Shown piece by piece: positions 36,134 through 46,436 of a stretch of 64,000 nucleotides of DNA. The DNA is from a virus (taxonomy: Duplodnaviria; Caudoviricetes). The number at the start of each line of letters is the position of its first letter. The first letter of the stretch is position 1. The notes under the pieces are model-generated. The model had not been told where the DNA came from and did no database searches. It was given only the letters and a program-made list of their open reading frames with translations. Made by a program: the position numbers and the translations under genes. The stretch spans positions 121,389 through 185,388 of the IMG/VR virus record IMGVR_UViG_3300028833_000064; one strand, written 5' to 3'.

Positions 36134-36919
36134 ATGGACAAATTTAAAAAAGTAATCGAATTTATAGTCAAGTACAAAACATTGTTTCTAATCGGTATCA
36201 TCTTGTGTATGTCGGTAATCGTAGTGAACCAATGTTCATCTAACAAAAACCTTAAGAATGAGATTAAAAGACAACATAACAATGAACTCGCCTTACAAGA
36301 CTCAATCACACAATACACCGATGAAATTGGAAGAATAAATGCAGAAAAACATGCATATCAACTTTCCCAAAAAGAACTCTCAGATTCTATCGGTAAAATC
36401 AATAAGAAGCATTATGAATATGTTTCATATCTGAACACTCAACTCGGAATCAAAGACACGGTTAAACTATTTTTCTACATCGACAGACCATACAGAGATA
36501 CGAGTAAATTGGATAACGGAGTCATCAAAATAGACACAACAAATACATTTGGAAAATCCAGTCGTAAACTTCTTGTCTCAATCCCTTATGACATAGATAC
36601 AGTCTTGAATCTACAAAAAAGCACAATCTCTCTAGAACAGAACATTTACCTCGAAGGTTGGCTTGAACGAAACAACAAGACTAACGAAACATTCGTACAT
36701 CTACGTTCCGACTATCCGGGTATCATGTTTAATAATGAAAATGGTTTTGTTGCAGAACCGTCCGCCAAATACGATAGGAGTATGAGAAAGAATATGGGTA
36801 TTGGACTTTTTATTGGACCATCCGTAGGTTTCGGATATACACCAGAGAAATGGCAGCCTTACATCGGACTTTCTGTTGGTTTGGGATTTACTTTCACTCC
36901 GAAGTTCCTTCAGTGGTAG
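36134..36919 (+). CDS. membrane-anchored protein (spanin-like candidate)
   Basis: N-terminal TM, coiled coil, Gly-rich C-terminal beta strands; TATAAATA upstream. Confidence 0.55.
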   Translation: MDKFKKVIEFIVKYKTLFLIGIILCMSVIVVNQCSSNKNLKNEIKRQHNNELALQDSITQYTDEIGRINAEKHAYQLSQKELSDSIGKINKKHYEYVSYLNTQLGIKDTVKLFFYIDRPYRDTSKLDNGVIKIDTTNTFGKSSRKLLVSIPYDIDTVLNLQKSTISLEQNIYLEGWLERNNKTNETFVHLRSDYPGIMFNNENGFVAEPSAKYDRSMRKNMGIGLFIGPSVGFGYTPEKWQPYIGLSVGLGFTFTPKFLQW

Positions 36920-37217
36920 ATTCCACTTTGTACATGATTCCGTTCTCTGAAATGGTCTGAGTACCCTTTGGGAAGATACAACTAGGTTCATTATACGAAA
37001 CCCTGTATTGTACATAGATATTATCCTTTCTGACAAATATCTCTATTTCATCGATTGTCCACACAACGGGACGTTTTTCAGTCTTGTTGAAACCTTCCGA
37101 ATCCAACTCGTTCAAATAGAAGAACGATTTGTATTCCTTACCTATATTCTCGATGACAACATGGTCGCCGATGTTATATTTGGTTTCAACCACTTGATTG
37201 TTTGTCATTATTTCCAT
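36894..37217 (-). CDS. hypothetical protein
   Basis: ETKYNIGD motif. Confidence 0.6.
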   Translation of the reverse strand: MEIMTNNQVVETKYNIGDHVVIENIGKEYKSFFYLNELDSEGFNKTEKRPVVWTIDEIEIFVRKDNIYVQYRVSYNEPSCIFPKGTQTISENGIMYKVESTTEGTSE

Positions 37218-37261
37218 AGTTATCCTTTTTTTTCAAAGATACTATTTTTTTAAACAAATAA

Positions 37262-37549
37262 TCAAATTTTATTACTCATATTCTTACCGATATGGTATCC
37301 GTCACAAAATAAACACTTATATGCACTGAAATGAACACCACGTTTTTTTGACATTGCTTCTGCACTTTTCAAAGCGGTTTCTTTTGTGTTATATGTGACT
37401 TTTGGTTGTCCTGTAGTTTGGTTTATATGTGAATTGATGGAGAATGCTCCCCATGCATTACCGGTTATGAAAAAGTTATAAAAGAACCTCTTTCTTTTAA
37501 CTTGGTCTAAAAACCACAACCTGAAATTCTTAAACTTTATTGATTTCAT
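37262..37549 (-). CDS. hypothetical protein (C2H-type Zn finger)
   Basis: AYKCLFCDGYHIG. Confidence 0.7.
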   Translation of the reverse strand: MKSIKFKNFRLWFLDQVKRKRFFYNFFITGNAWGAFSINSHINQTTGQPKVTYNTKETALKSAEAMSKKRGVHFSAYKCLFCDGYHIGKNMSNKI

Positions 37550-37805
37550 CGTCCCAATGTTTTACGACTTCATCTGCATAATACTCATACACATTCATAT
37601 AACAACTATGTGTTTCGTCCATCTTTCGTTTTGCTTTGAAAAGGATAGAAAATATCTTGTATAAAGTATCATTTGATGGAAGTTCGCTATTTGTGTTTTT
37701 TTCTTGTATCTTTAAAAGGGATTCTCTCATTCCATCAGAGAATCCCTTTTTATATCCTTTTATATAAGATTCTGCATCCATTTTAATAAAGTTGTTTTGC
37801 ATCAT
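37530..37805 (-). CDS. hypothetical protein
   Basis: coupled ORF. Confidence 0.55.
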   Translation of the reverse strand: MMQNNFIKMDAESYIKGYKKGFSDGMRESLLKIQEKNTNSELPSNDTLYKIFSILFKAKRKMDETHSCYMNVYEYYADEVVKHWDDEINKV

Positions 37806-38100
37806 CTATGGACAGTATAGTCTTATTTTCCAAATCAGACTTGAATCTTTCTGTTGGATTTTCGACACTGTATGCATATTTTCCGTTGAAGAATATATGA
37901 TAAGTACCATCATTCGTCAATACAACATGTGTCCATGCAGATGTCATTGCATCCCCACCGACACCACCGAAACCCAGTGATGTACTTCCCCACATCTGTG
38001 TAAATACCCAGACATTCTCAACTTCCAAATCGGGAAACGTGGACATTCTATCGTCAACTTTTATTGTCGATAAAGATAAACTTTTTAACATTTTTTCCAT
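37783..38100 (-). CDS. hypothetical phage protein
   Basis: FTQMWGSTSLGFGGVGGDAMT motif. Confidence 0.7.
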   Translation of the reverse strand: MEKMLKSLSLSTIKVDDRMSTFPDLEVENVWVFTQMWGSTSLGFGGVGGDAMTSAWTHVVLTNDGTYHIFFNGKYAYSVENPTERFKSDLENKTILSIDDAKQLY

Positions 38101-38233
38101 AATAAACTATTTTTGTTTGATTTTATTTTCGTCAATTATCACTGAATTATTTTTACCTTTTTCCATTGCCTCTTTCATGGCTTTTTGTTTAGCTTCTTCT
38201 AAAAGAGCGTACATTGTATTATCACTATTCATG

Positions 38234-38914
38234 TTATTCTAATTTTTTACATTCTTCTTCACTATATTTTTCGTGGAGTCTGTTAATCCACCATTTTGTT
38301 TTGAATTTCACTTTCGGCATTCTCTGCCCTTTCAATAAAGAACACCTTCGACAAACAACACCTTCTTTAACCATTTGGTATTTACAATCCGGTTTTGTCC
38401 AGTCATTTTCGAAAATTTCATTGATGAAAGTCTTCGTCAAAATTCCTTGATATATGAGTTCGGGGGTCTCAATGTCTGGATTGTCACAAAATAGTTCAAT
38501 AAATGGTTTCGGTTCAATGTATCCCTTTTTTTTAAGGAATACATCAATGAGTGGAAGTTTCATCTCATCATCAATCTGGTGTACACCGGCGAAACTATTC
38601 TCACCATACCATTCAAAAAAGAACGTCACTTCATCGACACCTGAGAACAGACCACCTTTACCCTTGTTCTTTTTTACAATATCAATAAGGACTTGTGGGA
38701 TATTCGAGTTCTTGAAAAACCTGACCGTATCACCGAATTGTTCAGATGATTCATCCACCATCTGTGTCCTGCTTCCAAATGAATCGAACACCATCTTTTT
38801 TGTGTTTAATTTCACACAGAAATTCTGACCGTCCAACTTGTTGAAAGCATACACATATTCACCAATAAGTGTCCCATCATCCGAAATCTTATTTATACTA
38901 TCATAATGTTTCAT
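38234..38914 (-). CDS. RNA ligase family protein
   Basis: KLDGQN, FGSR, FEWYG, EGVV, KFKT. Confidence 0.8.
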   Translation of the reverse strand: MKHYDSINKISDDGTLIGEYVYAFNKLDGQNFCVKLNTKKMVFDSFGSRTQMVDESSEQFGDTVRFFKNSNIPQVLIDIVKKNKGKGGLFSGVDEVTFFFEWYGENSFAGVHQIDDEMKLPLIDVFLKKKGYIEPKPFIELFCDNPDIETPELIYQGILTKTFINEIFENDWTKPDCKYQMVKEGVVCRRCSLLKGQRMPKVKFKTKWWINRLHEKYSEEECKKLE

Positions 38915-39012
38915 ATTTCACACACATTTCATAAAGAATTTTCAAACCACTTTTCGTTACTTTCTCAGACTGGGTAACCCTTTCTTCCTTTGTTTTTAAA
39001 TCAAAATACATA

Positions 39013-39213
39013 TTATTTCGGTCTTTTCATAACTTTTCTCATAGATTTGATATTAAGTTCATAATATTCACACGAACCATCTGATGACATATTCACGGGG
39101 TCTGCATCACCACCGGCATCAAATCTAATATCACAAATTTCACCAATTTTCTTTCCAGTCAAATAACTTGTGACTTTACAACGATTTTTACAAGTTTTAC
39201 ACAAAATTTCCAT
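39013..39213 (-). CDS. Cys-containing hypothetical protein
   Basis: ORF. Confidence 0.5.
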   Translation of the reverse strand: MEILCKTCKNRCKVTSYLTGKKIGEICDIRFDAGGDADPVNMSSDGSCEYYELNIKSMRKVMKRPK

Positions 39214-39215
39214 AA

Positions 39216-39875
39216 TTATTCTTTTTTTGTATATATTTTGTCGATAAGACCATATTCTAGTGCTTCACTTGCAGTGAGCCAATGGTTACGGTCACAATCT
39301 GCAATGACCTTTTCAAAACTTTGACCAGAATTTTCGGACAACATCTTGCAAAGTTCATCCTTTACAAGTTTAATCTGTTCTGCCTCTATGAGAATATCAG
39401 ATGCTTGTCCACTTGCCCCACCGAGAGGCTGGTGTATCATCACCCTTGAATGTTTCAGAGCGCCCCTCTTACCTTTCGTACCGGATGAAAGGATAACGGC
39501 ACCCATACTTGCCGCCATACCCATACAAACGGTCTGAATATCGTTGTTGATAAAGTTCATAGTGTCTATGATTGCCAAACCGGAATAAACCTCACCACCG
39601 GGTGAGTTGATGTTCAAAGTGATGTCTTCATCACCACTCAACGAACTAAGATACAGCATCTGTGCATTGACAATGTTTGCAACGTCAGCGTCAATTCCAG
39701 TGCCGAGAAATATAATTCTCTCCATCATAAGACGACTGAACACATCCATTTGGGTGACATTCAATTGTCTCTCTTCAAGAATAGTAGGGTTGATATAACC
39801 CATTCGTGCAATATATTTGTCGAGTCCATTTTCATTGACTCCATTTCCTTTTGCAAATTTCTTAAAATCTTCCAT
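39216..39875 (-). CDS. clpP: ATP-dependent Clp protease proteolytic subunit
   Basis: MDVFSRLM.ERIIFLG, INSPGG, GMAASMGA, MIHQP, DR. Confidence 0.95.
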   Translation of the reverse strand: MEDFKKFAKGNGVNENGLDKYIARMGYINPTILEERQLNVTQMDVFSRLMMERIIFLGTGIDADVANIVNAQMLYLSSLSGDEDITLNINSPGGEVYSGLAIIDTMNFINNDIQTVCMGMAASMGAVILSSGTKGKRGALKHSRVMIHQPLGGASGQASDILIEAEQIKLVKDELCKMLSENSGQSFEKVIADCDRNHWLTASEALEYGLIDKIYTKKE

Positions 39876-39877
39876 AT

Positions 39878-40717
39878 TTAAATAGTTATAATAAAGTATT
39901 TGGAATCTCCGGCGTTGTCAACAAACCATAAATCCTTTCCATTCGACATTGTTGTCTTGTAGAAACAATTATCCAACACACAATCAAATTCCGTATTTTT
40001 GAAACAAAATTTTCTATTATCTTCTAAACACATCATAGTGTGTCCAACAACTTGTCTGAAATCACCATATGGATACTTGGCGAGCATAGCTGGACGTATC
40101 CACGTTGGACCTTGATTTGGATGGTTTCCCCAACCGCTGAAATCATAATCATAGTAGGATACTATTGAACACAGTTCATCAACACTCCACCCTTTTTTAC
40201 AAAGTTTTTTGAAATCATATCCCTTTGATGCAACCATATTTACCCAATCATAACTTACACCGGCGTGACTGAAGATACAATTTCCAACGACAAACATAAG
40301 TCTTGAATCTTTAAGATTTTCGGAAATAAGATTTCTGATAGTTTCTATCTCATAGTCATCTATGGAACTTCTGTTTGTCTTATCAGATTCAATGATATAT
40401 TTTGAAAGGTCGTGGTTTCCAAGAATAGACACAATTCTGTTATCCATTTTCATGCAAGAAATAAATGTATTGTATCTTTCAACCATAGTTTCGAAATCGA
40501 CACTTCCATAAGGGTCAAAATGGTCACCGAGAACGACTATTTTACTCACATCGTCGTTATGTTTCAAAATATGTTCATATCCTTCGATAAACTTTAGAGT
40601 GCCATGAATGTCACCGATAACGGCAATCTTTTCACATTCTGTCAAATCAACCAAAACACGTTCAGAAGTTTGTTTGCTCACTTCTGGTTTCGTAGTGAAT
40701 GTTATTATATTTTTCAT
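39878..40717 (-). CDS. metallophosphoesterase
   Basis: GDIHG, LGDHFD, GNHD, SHAG, GHT. Confidence 0.88.
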   Translation of the reverse strand: MKNIITFTTKPEVSKQTSERVLVDLTECEKIAVIGDIHGTLKFIEGYEHILKHNDDVSKIVVLGDHFDPYGSVDFETMVERYNTFISCMKMDNRIVSILGNHDLSKYIIESDKTNRSSIDDYEIETIRNLISENLKDSRLMFVVGNCIFSHAGVSYDWVNMVASKGYDFKKLCKKGWSVDELCSIVSYYDYDFSGWGNHPNQGPTWIRPAMLAKYPYGDFRQVVGHTMMCLEDNRKFCFKNTEFDCVLDNCFYKTTMSNGKDLWFVDNAGDSKYFIITI

Positions 40718-41451
40718 TTTTTGTTCTGATTAATGAATCTACGAGTCGTGTAATATAGCACAACATATCTCTTTCCGTTTAATTCCTTGTACCCACACTT
40801 ATTTTTCCATATGAATACAAAATTATTAACCAACATTCTTTTGAAAAAATCTTGAAGATTGTTGATAAACTCGTCGTCTGACATGTCATATGTATGATAC
40901 AATATTTGTTTTTCTATGTCGATATAGAATCGAACATCATTTTCTATAGGCAGTTTTCTACCGATACCGAAAACAACTCCGTTGGGATGGATGGCGACTC
41001 TTGGGGTACCGACAACATATACTTTGCTGTTTTTGGAAAATTCGTCAATTAGTTTTTCGACTCTTTCCGATATACTCTCTTCTGTCTTTTCAACCGGTTC
41101 GGTATTTTTGGATTCTCCATCTTGATTTTGTGCTTCTATTTCCAATCTTTTCAGAAATTCATCATCATTGGAAGCATTCGTATGTTCGTTTTCGTAAAAA
41201 AATGTAACAATACCATCTTTGATATGAAGATATTTCATTTTAAAGACAATATTGTCCGATGAAAACATACGTGTTACAGATAATTCATGCATAAAGTCAA
41301 TATATGCCCCATTCAAATCCTCTTCTGATACACTATCTCCGGCCTTCAATATCTGTTTTGCGATGGAAGGTGTCAATTCAATTGAAAATGTATTCAACCT
41401 TATCACATCCTCCCACTTCTCTTTACTTACCTTTATTTTTAAAACATTCAT
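40714..41451 (-). CDS. hypothetical protein
   Basis: long ORF. Confidence 0.65.
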   Translation of the reverse strand: MNVLKIKVSKEKWEDVIRLNTFSIELTPSIAKQILKAGDSVSEEDLNGAYIDFMHELSVTRMFSSDNIVFKMKYLHIKDGIVTFFYENEHTNASNDDEFLKRLEIEAQNQDGESKNTEPVEKTEESISERVEKLIDEFSKNSKVYVVGTPRVAIHPNGVVFGIGRKLPIENDVRFYIDIEKQILYHTYDMSDDEFINNLQDFFKRMLVNNFVFIWKNKCGYKELNGKRYVVLYYTTRRFINQNKK

Positions 41452-41633
41452 TTTATTCTTTTTATTATATATCAATATCACTTCCGACCATCATCTCAAA
41501 CGTTTCAAGTAAAATCTCAAAACGTTTTTTTAAATCAGACAGTTCATCGTTTCTTTTATATAGGTTTTCCCTAAGTTCTTTATTCTTTTTCCTTAACTCA
41601 TAGTTTTCTTTGTAATATCGTGAAATTACTTCA

Positions 41634-42185
41634 CTACTTTTCATTTTTATTAAGTTCGGTTGTATCTTCGGAAATAGTGTCTTCAAACCATTGTCCGAAA
41701 TCGTCTGTATCGGGTGCAAACTCCGGTTCGTTTTCTTTCAACCATTCACACTGTTGTACAAACTCTTCTTTGATTTGACTCAAGTCAAAATTACTGTATT
41801 TTCGAATATATCTGAGACATTTGAAGATGTCGTTTCCAAATACCATTGATTCGACATTCGTATAATCATCGAATACACTTTTTACTTTCTTTCCATCAAG
41901 TATCAGTTCTTTGTTAAAGATTTCTATCTTTCCTGAATATGAAATTCTTAACACAGAATCTTTCATAAAATGGTTTTCTTTCACCCATTTATAGTTCAAG
42001 TCAACAACCCCCTTGGTGTTAATCATATTATGAACCCACCAATAACGATGAACATCACAATACCATTCGGGTAAATCTGATGGTTTTTTCTTTGTTTTGT
42101 ATGAACGACAATTACGATTAGCGGTAAGAAAACCATCTTCTTTTGGGTCTCTCGAATAAAAGTATTCGTTTGCTAATTTTCTCAT
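41634..42185 (-). CDS. hypothetical protein
   Basis: 183 aa ORF. Confidence 0.65.
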   Translation of the reverse strand: MRKLANEYFYSRDPKEDGFLTANRNCRSYKTKKKPSDLPEWYCDVHRYWWVHNMINTKGVVDLNYKWVKENHFMKDSVLRISYSGKIEIFNKELILDGKKVKSVFDDYTNVESMVFGNDIFKCLRYIRKYSNFDLSQIKEEFVQQCEWLKENEPEFAPDTDDFGQWFEDTISEDTTELNKNEK

Positions 42186-42188
42186 ATC

Positions 42189-42677
42189 TTAAAACTCTGT
42201 TTTTATTATCATGTCGTAATCAACAAACCCCTTAAAATCTTCCTCGTCTATAAAAAGTCTTTTCTCGATATTCTCGTGTTCTTGTGCAGTCTTACTTCTT
42301 AATTTAAGACGGTCTCTTCTCGTGCAATATGGTGTGTCGATATAAATGACAAAGCAGTTCTCACGGATACCCAAGTCCCTCAAATTTTGGATTCCTTGTG
42401 GTGCCATAATTGCTACTTCGGACAAATCCCATTCTTTGGTGGATGTTCCATAATAAAACCCACCGAATTTTTGATATTCGACAAACTTTCCTTCCTTAAT
42501 CATTTTTTCAAATTCTTCATTTGAAACGAAATGATATTCTTTTCCATCAACCTCACCATCTCTCATAGGTCTAGTGGTATGTGACACAAGATGACGGAAA
42601 CCACGTTTCTCAAAACGTTCCATCAATACATTTTTTCCGGATGCCCCTTTACCTACAATAATTATTTTATTAGTCAT
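42189..42677 (-). CDS. gmk: guanylate kinase
   Basis: [31 protein letters not shown]. Confidence 0.92.
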   Translation of the reverse strand: MTNKIIIVGKGASGKNVLMERFEKRGFRHLVSHTTRPMRDGEVDGKEYHFVSNEEFEKMIKEGKFVEYQKFGGFYYGTSTKEWDLSEVAIMAPQGIQNLRDLGIRENCFVIYIDTPYCTRRDRLKLRSKTAQEHENIEKRLFIDEEDFKGFVDYDMIIKTEF

Positions 42678-43081
42678 TTTTCTTTAAAATTTGTTGGATT
42701 TTTATTATTCTCTTTGATGCAAAACCCACATTCATCTTTTCCTTTGTGAATGCAGTCTTTACAAAATTGAGATAATGTCGCCCTTACATGTGTGACCGTT
42801 CCTATAGTCTCATAAACTTGAAAAACAATTGTATCCCAAGTTTTTTTATTTATTTTCTTGAAACTATCGGTATTGGATATTTTTGTCTCAGATACACCTG
42901 CTTTTACAACATTCTTTTTACTAGTTTTTTTCTCAGTCTCAAACGAAAGAGAAACCTTAGTGCATAATGCTTCACCACTTTTTTTATCGATTGAATCAAT
43001 ACGATACACAAATGTCGTTTCCAAAAATGATGTCTCTCCGTCGAGAACATATTCGTCTAAAAAATAATCTCCTTTTTTCAT
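42674..43081 (-). CDS. hypothetical protein
   Basis: coupled ORF. Confidence 0.6.
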   Translation of the reverse strand: MKKGDYFLDEYVLDGETSFLETTFVYRIDSIDKKSGEALCTKVSLSFETEKKTSKKNVVKAGVSETKISNTDSFKKINKKTWDTIVFQVYETIGTVTHVRATLSQFCKDCIHKGKDECGFCIKENNKNPTNFKEK

Positions 43082-43395
43082 ACTTTATTTATCGGATTTT
43101 TACTGTTATAATACAACATCAACGATGACAATAATAAAGTGATGGTACGAAACTCAAGAAAATAACTGAAACCTTTCGAGAATATAAACTCGACAAATTT
43201 GTTCTCTTTTTTGAACGACTCGATTTCAAAATTGATATATTGTGCCAAATTCTTGATTAAATTACGGCACTTGTCAAGTTGTTCCAAATTTTCACAACTG
43301 TCGATTATTTTTTTTATATGCTGGATTTTCTTATCGACAGCACCCTCGATGACAACGATGTCATGCATTACTTTTATAACTTTATCTCCAAACAT
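43078..43395 (-). CDS. hypothetical protein
   Basis: coupled ORF. Confidence 0.55.
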   Translation of the reverse strand: MFGDKVIKVMHDIVVIEGAVDKKIQHIKKIIDSCENLEQLDKCRNLIKNLAQYINFEIESFKKENKFVEFIFSKGFSYFLEFRTITLLLSSLMLYYNSKNPINKV

Positions 43396-43397
43396 TT

Positions 43398-43889
43398 TTA
43401 TATTTTTTTGTACATTTTCGTAGAACGTTCTGATTCTTCGTATCCAAGATATTCCCAGAATTTCCTAGAACTTTCATCAAACGGGGAAACTTCAACACAA
43501 TTGAAACCACTTCTGTTTGCAAATTTCTCAATACTTTTAACAAGAGTCTTTCCGAAACCGTAGTTCCTGTAGAAACGACTTACTTCAATAGCGAGTATCG
43601 ACAAATTGTCCATAACTGTGTCAACACATACAAATGATATAATATCACCAAGATAAACCTTCACCCAAGTTTTATCATATGATTCGTCATTCAAAAAACG
43701 AGACTCGTTGATTTCGACAGAAAACATAGTGTCGTCTGTTTTTTCGTTTGTTAGCATATCAAACGACCCATTTGATAAAAGTTCTTCTTTCACTTCTTTT
43801 TGAGACAAGATTTGAACAAAGAATGCACACCCTCTGTTCTGAAACCCAGACTCAATTTCATTTACTAGGTCAATTAAATCTATTTTCAT
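43398..43889 (-). CDS. GNAT family acetyltransferase
   Basis: IEV...YRNYGFGKTLV...S.KFWEYLGY. Confidence 0.85.
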   Translation of the reverse strand: MKIDLIDLVNEIESGFQNRGCAFFVQILSQKEVKEELLSNGSFDMLTNEKTDDTMFSVEINESRFLNDESYDKTWVKVYLGDIISFVCVDTVMDNLSILAIEVSRFYRNYGFGKTLVKSIEKFANRSGFNCVEVSPFDESSRKFWEYLGYEESERSTKMYKKI

Positions 43890-43960
43890 ATACTTTTTTT
43901 TAAAGATACTATTTTTCATATTAAAAATAACAAAAAAATGGGTGATTTTTTAATCACCCA

Positions 43961-44368
43961 TTAATTTTCTTCAATAATATCAATCGAAGTCGCCATAAGC
44001 ATACCATTTTTTATGAGCATACACCTATACGTTTCATTGTCATCCAAGAAATCTTGAACATCGTTTTTATCGTATATATCTCCGTTATACCCAATTTCTT
44101 CAAATCGTTCAGACACCTCTTCATCACCAATGTATGTATCCAATTTCATATTCTCTTCATCAAGACAATAAAGATACAGATTTTCATCCTTTTTCCTATT
44201 TTCGATTATAACCAAATCACCAACAGGTTTCGTATCGCTTCCATAGACTATATCATCTTCCTCGTTATAGTAATAATACGGTCTTGTAAGGTAACATTCT
44301 GTGTCAGATACACGATTGATATTTAATTCTTCGTTTATAAATTCATCAAAAGTTATAATTTTATTCAT
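43961..44368 (-). CDS. putative internal head protein
   Basis: start MNKIITFDEFINEE after TAAATA. Confidence 0.55.
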   Translation of the reverse strand: MNKIITFDEFINEELNINRVSDTECYLTRPYYYYNEEDDIVYGSDTKPVGDLVIIENRKKDENLYLYCLDEENMKLDTYIGDEEVSERFEEIGYNGDIYDKNDVQDFLDDNETYRCMLIKNGMLMATSIDIIEEN

Positions 44369-44369
44369 G

Positions 44370-44717
44370 TTATTTAAGTATTTCGTTAAACTCATCTTCA
44401 TTAATCTTACCATCAAGAAGCAAATCAAGATTTGTAATACCCTCATTCACTCTATCGATGTCTTCAATAAGGTTACGAAGTGTGTCTTTTGTATTTTCCG
44501 AAAGATTATATACAGGACGGAAATAATCACAAGCGTACTCTGGAGTTGTAATTTTTATATTGTTGAAATGATATTTGTGTCCGTTTCTTTCATTGACACA
44601 TCCGAGTGAGCATCCACCATCGACATATTTCTCACAATTTTTACATGCCGGTTTATCATTATTTGATTTTTCAATAATCTTTGAAATTCTTTCTTTTAAT
44701 TCAGTGTATTCTTTCAT
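44370..44717 (-). CDS. hypothetical protein
   Basis: 115 aa ORF. Confidence 0.6.
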   Translation of the reverse strand: MKEYTELKERISKIIEKSNNDKPACKNCEKYVDGGCSLGCVNERNGHKYHFNNIKITTPEYACDYFRPVYNLSENTKDTLRNLIEDIDRVNEGITNLDLLLDGKINEDEFNEILK

Positions 44718-44789
44718 AACTTTACATGTTTATATTAGTATTTATGTCGAATCCAAGTTTCATAAATATATTATAATTATAATATTATT

Positions 44790-45335
44790 ATGAGAGATTT
44801 TTTACCAGATTTTAAATCATTCTTAGAAATAAACGAAGGAGTTCTTGCTAATTATAGAAAAGAAAGAGACGGACAAAAGATTCATGGAGAACAAATGGTT
44901 GGAACATTTGATGAAGTAATACATATGCTCATTAAAGAAAGAATCCCTTTCTATTTTGATTGTGAATATGAAGAATACAATAAAATAGGTTTCTTAATGC
45001 ATGAGTCTTTGAACGGACAATCTTTTAATGGATACATTCTAGATTCTAATAAAACAGAAGATGCCTTATGTAAAGAATTTACAGATAAAATATGTAAATC
45101 AGTAGTCGTAGACAAACCTGGAAAACTTTGTATTGGAAGAAGTGACTTTGCAGACCTTCAGAAAGCAAATGACCTTGATACGATAATTGTTGTTGTTAAG
45201 GCATTCAAGAAATTTTCAAAAGACAAAGGGTTAACTTCAAGAGAAATAACAGGAAACAAATATGAAGTAAGAGTAAATATAGACTTTCTTTGTGATACTA
45301 ACAATAGAAATAACATCATCGAATATGTCTTTTAA
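44790..45335 (+). CDS. putative internal head protein
   Basis: MRDFLPDFKSFLEINE after CATAAATA. Confidence 0.55.
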   Translation: MRDFLPDFKSFLEINEGVLANYRKERDGQKIHGEQMVGTFDEVIHMLIKERIPFYFDCEYEEYNKIGFLMHESLNGQSFNGYILDSNKTEDALCKEFTDKICKSVVVDKPGKLCIGRSDFADLQKANDLDTIIVVVKAFKKFSKDKGLTSREITGNKYEVRVNIDFLCDTNNRNNIIEYVF

Positions 45336-45385
45336 TTTGATAAACTTTTATATTATGATATTACAAATGAGCCAGAATTAGGTAT

Positions 45386-45420
45386 AAAAAGTCCATCAAA
45401 CAAATGATGGATTTTTTTTT
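45386..45420. terminator. bidirectional terminator
   Basis: AAAAAGTCCATCA-AACAAA-TGATGGATTTTTT between convergent genes. Confidence 0.7.
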
Positions 45421-46168
45421 ATATCTCATTTTTTACTTTTTTCAATAATTCCATTTGTTTGCTATTTAATCGTTTAGGCATCTTGATAATGAAGTTGATT
45501 TTGATATTTCCGTATTCACTATCGCTTTTGAATTTAGGGAATCCTTGTTTAGGAACAATAATAAAACCTCCATTTTGGGAGTATTTTGGTATTTTGAATG
45601 ATATTTTTCTGTCGAAGAACTTTGTCTCGACAGTTGCACCGAGTATGGCGTCCAGCCAATCGACGGCGAACATCATTTCTATTGTTCCGTCTTTGTCAAT
45701 ATAGTATTTGTCTGAATTTTGTACATCAACGAAAATCAAAAGGTCTCCGTTGATGTAGTTTCCATTCATATCAAAACCGGCACCTCCAAGTCCGGATAGT
45801 TTCAATACCTTGCCCGGTGTCGTACCCTTTGGAATATCGACGTTATATGTCTTTATACCGACGTTTATCACTTTTTTGCATCCGTAGTACGCTTCTTCGA
45901 TACTTATGGATATTTTTATACTGATGTTTGTCGGTGGTTTTGCTGTTCTGAATCCGTTGAATATATTTGAGTTTTTTTTGAAATCATATTCACGTCTTTT
46001 AGTTTCGTCACCTATTGTGGAATATGCTTCATTGATTTCTTTGAACATCGTATCATCACCGTTATTTTTGTCGGGATGATATTTCATACTCAGTTTTCTA
46101 AATGCTTTTTTAATCTCATCTTGTGTTGCATGTCTGTCAACACCAAGTATTGAATAGTAGTCTTTCAT
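45419..46168 (-). CDS. dnaJ: DnaJ/CbpA-type co-chaperone
   Basis: MKDYYSILG...[13 protein letters not shown]...EINEAY; C-terminal DnaJ domain; no Zn finger. Confidence 0.9.
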   Translation of the reverse strand: MKDYYSILGVDRHATQDEIKKAFRKLSMKYHPDKNNGDDTMFKEINEAYSTIGDETKRREYDFKKNSNIFNGFRTAKPPTNISIKISISIEEAYYGCKKVINVGIKTYNVDIPKGTTPGKVLKLSGLGGAGFDMNGNYINGDLLIFVDVQNSDKYYIDKDGTIEMMFAVDWLDAILGATVETKFFDRKISFKIPKYSQNGGFIIVPKQGFPKFKSDSEYGNIKINFIIKMPKRLNSKQMELLKKVKNEI

Positions 46169-46225
46169 TATGTATTTATACGTTTTATACCAAAATAAAA
46201 ATAACAAAAAAAACATAAATACATT

Positions 46226-46423
46226 ATGGAAAATAACAAAGAAAATCCAATCCTTAAAAAGATAAGGTATTATCAAGGTTCAGTCAAAGATTTTGCATCT
46301 TATTGGGAAACGAGATGTTCAGAGGGAATATCCGAAGAAAGTGATGAAACGAAGTCTTTGAGGAAAAGGAACGATGATTTGAATAAGGCATATACAATAA
46401 TCCCCGTAGAAGACGAGGATTAA
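46226..46423 (+). CDS. hypothetical protein
   Basis: late-promoter-like CATAAATA upstream. Confidence 0.55.
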   Translation: MENNKENPILKKIRYYQGSVKDFASYWETRCSEGISEESDETKSLRKRNDDLNKAYTIIPVEDED

Positions 46424-46436
46424 AAGAAGATGAAAT

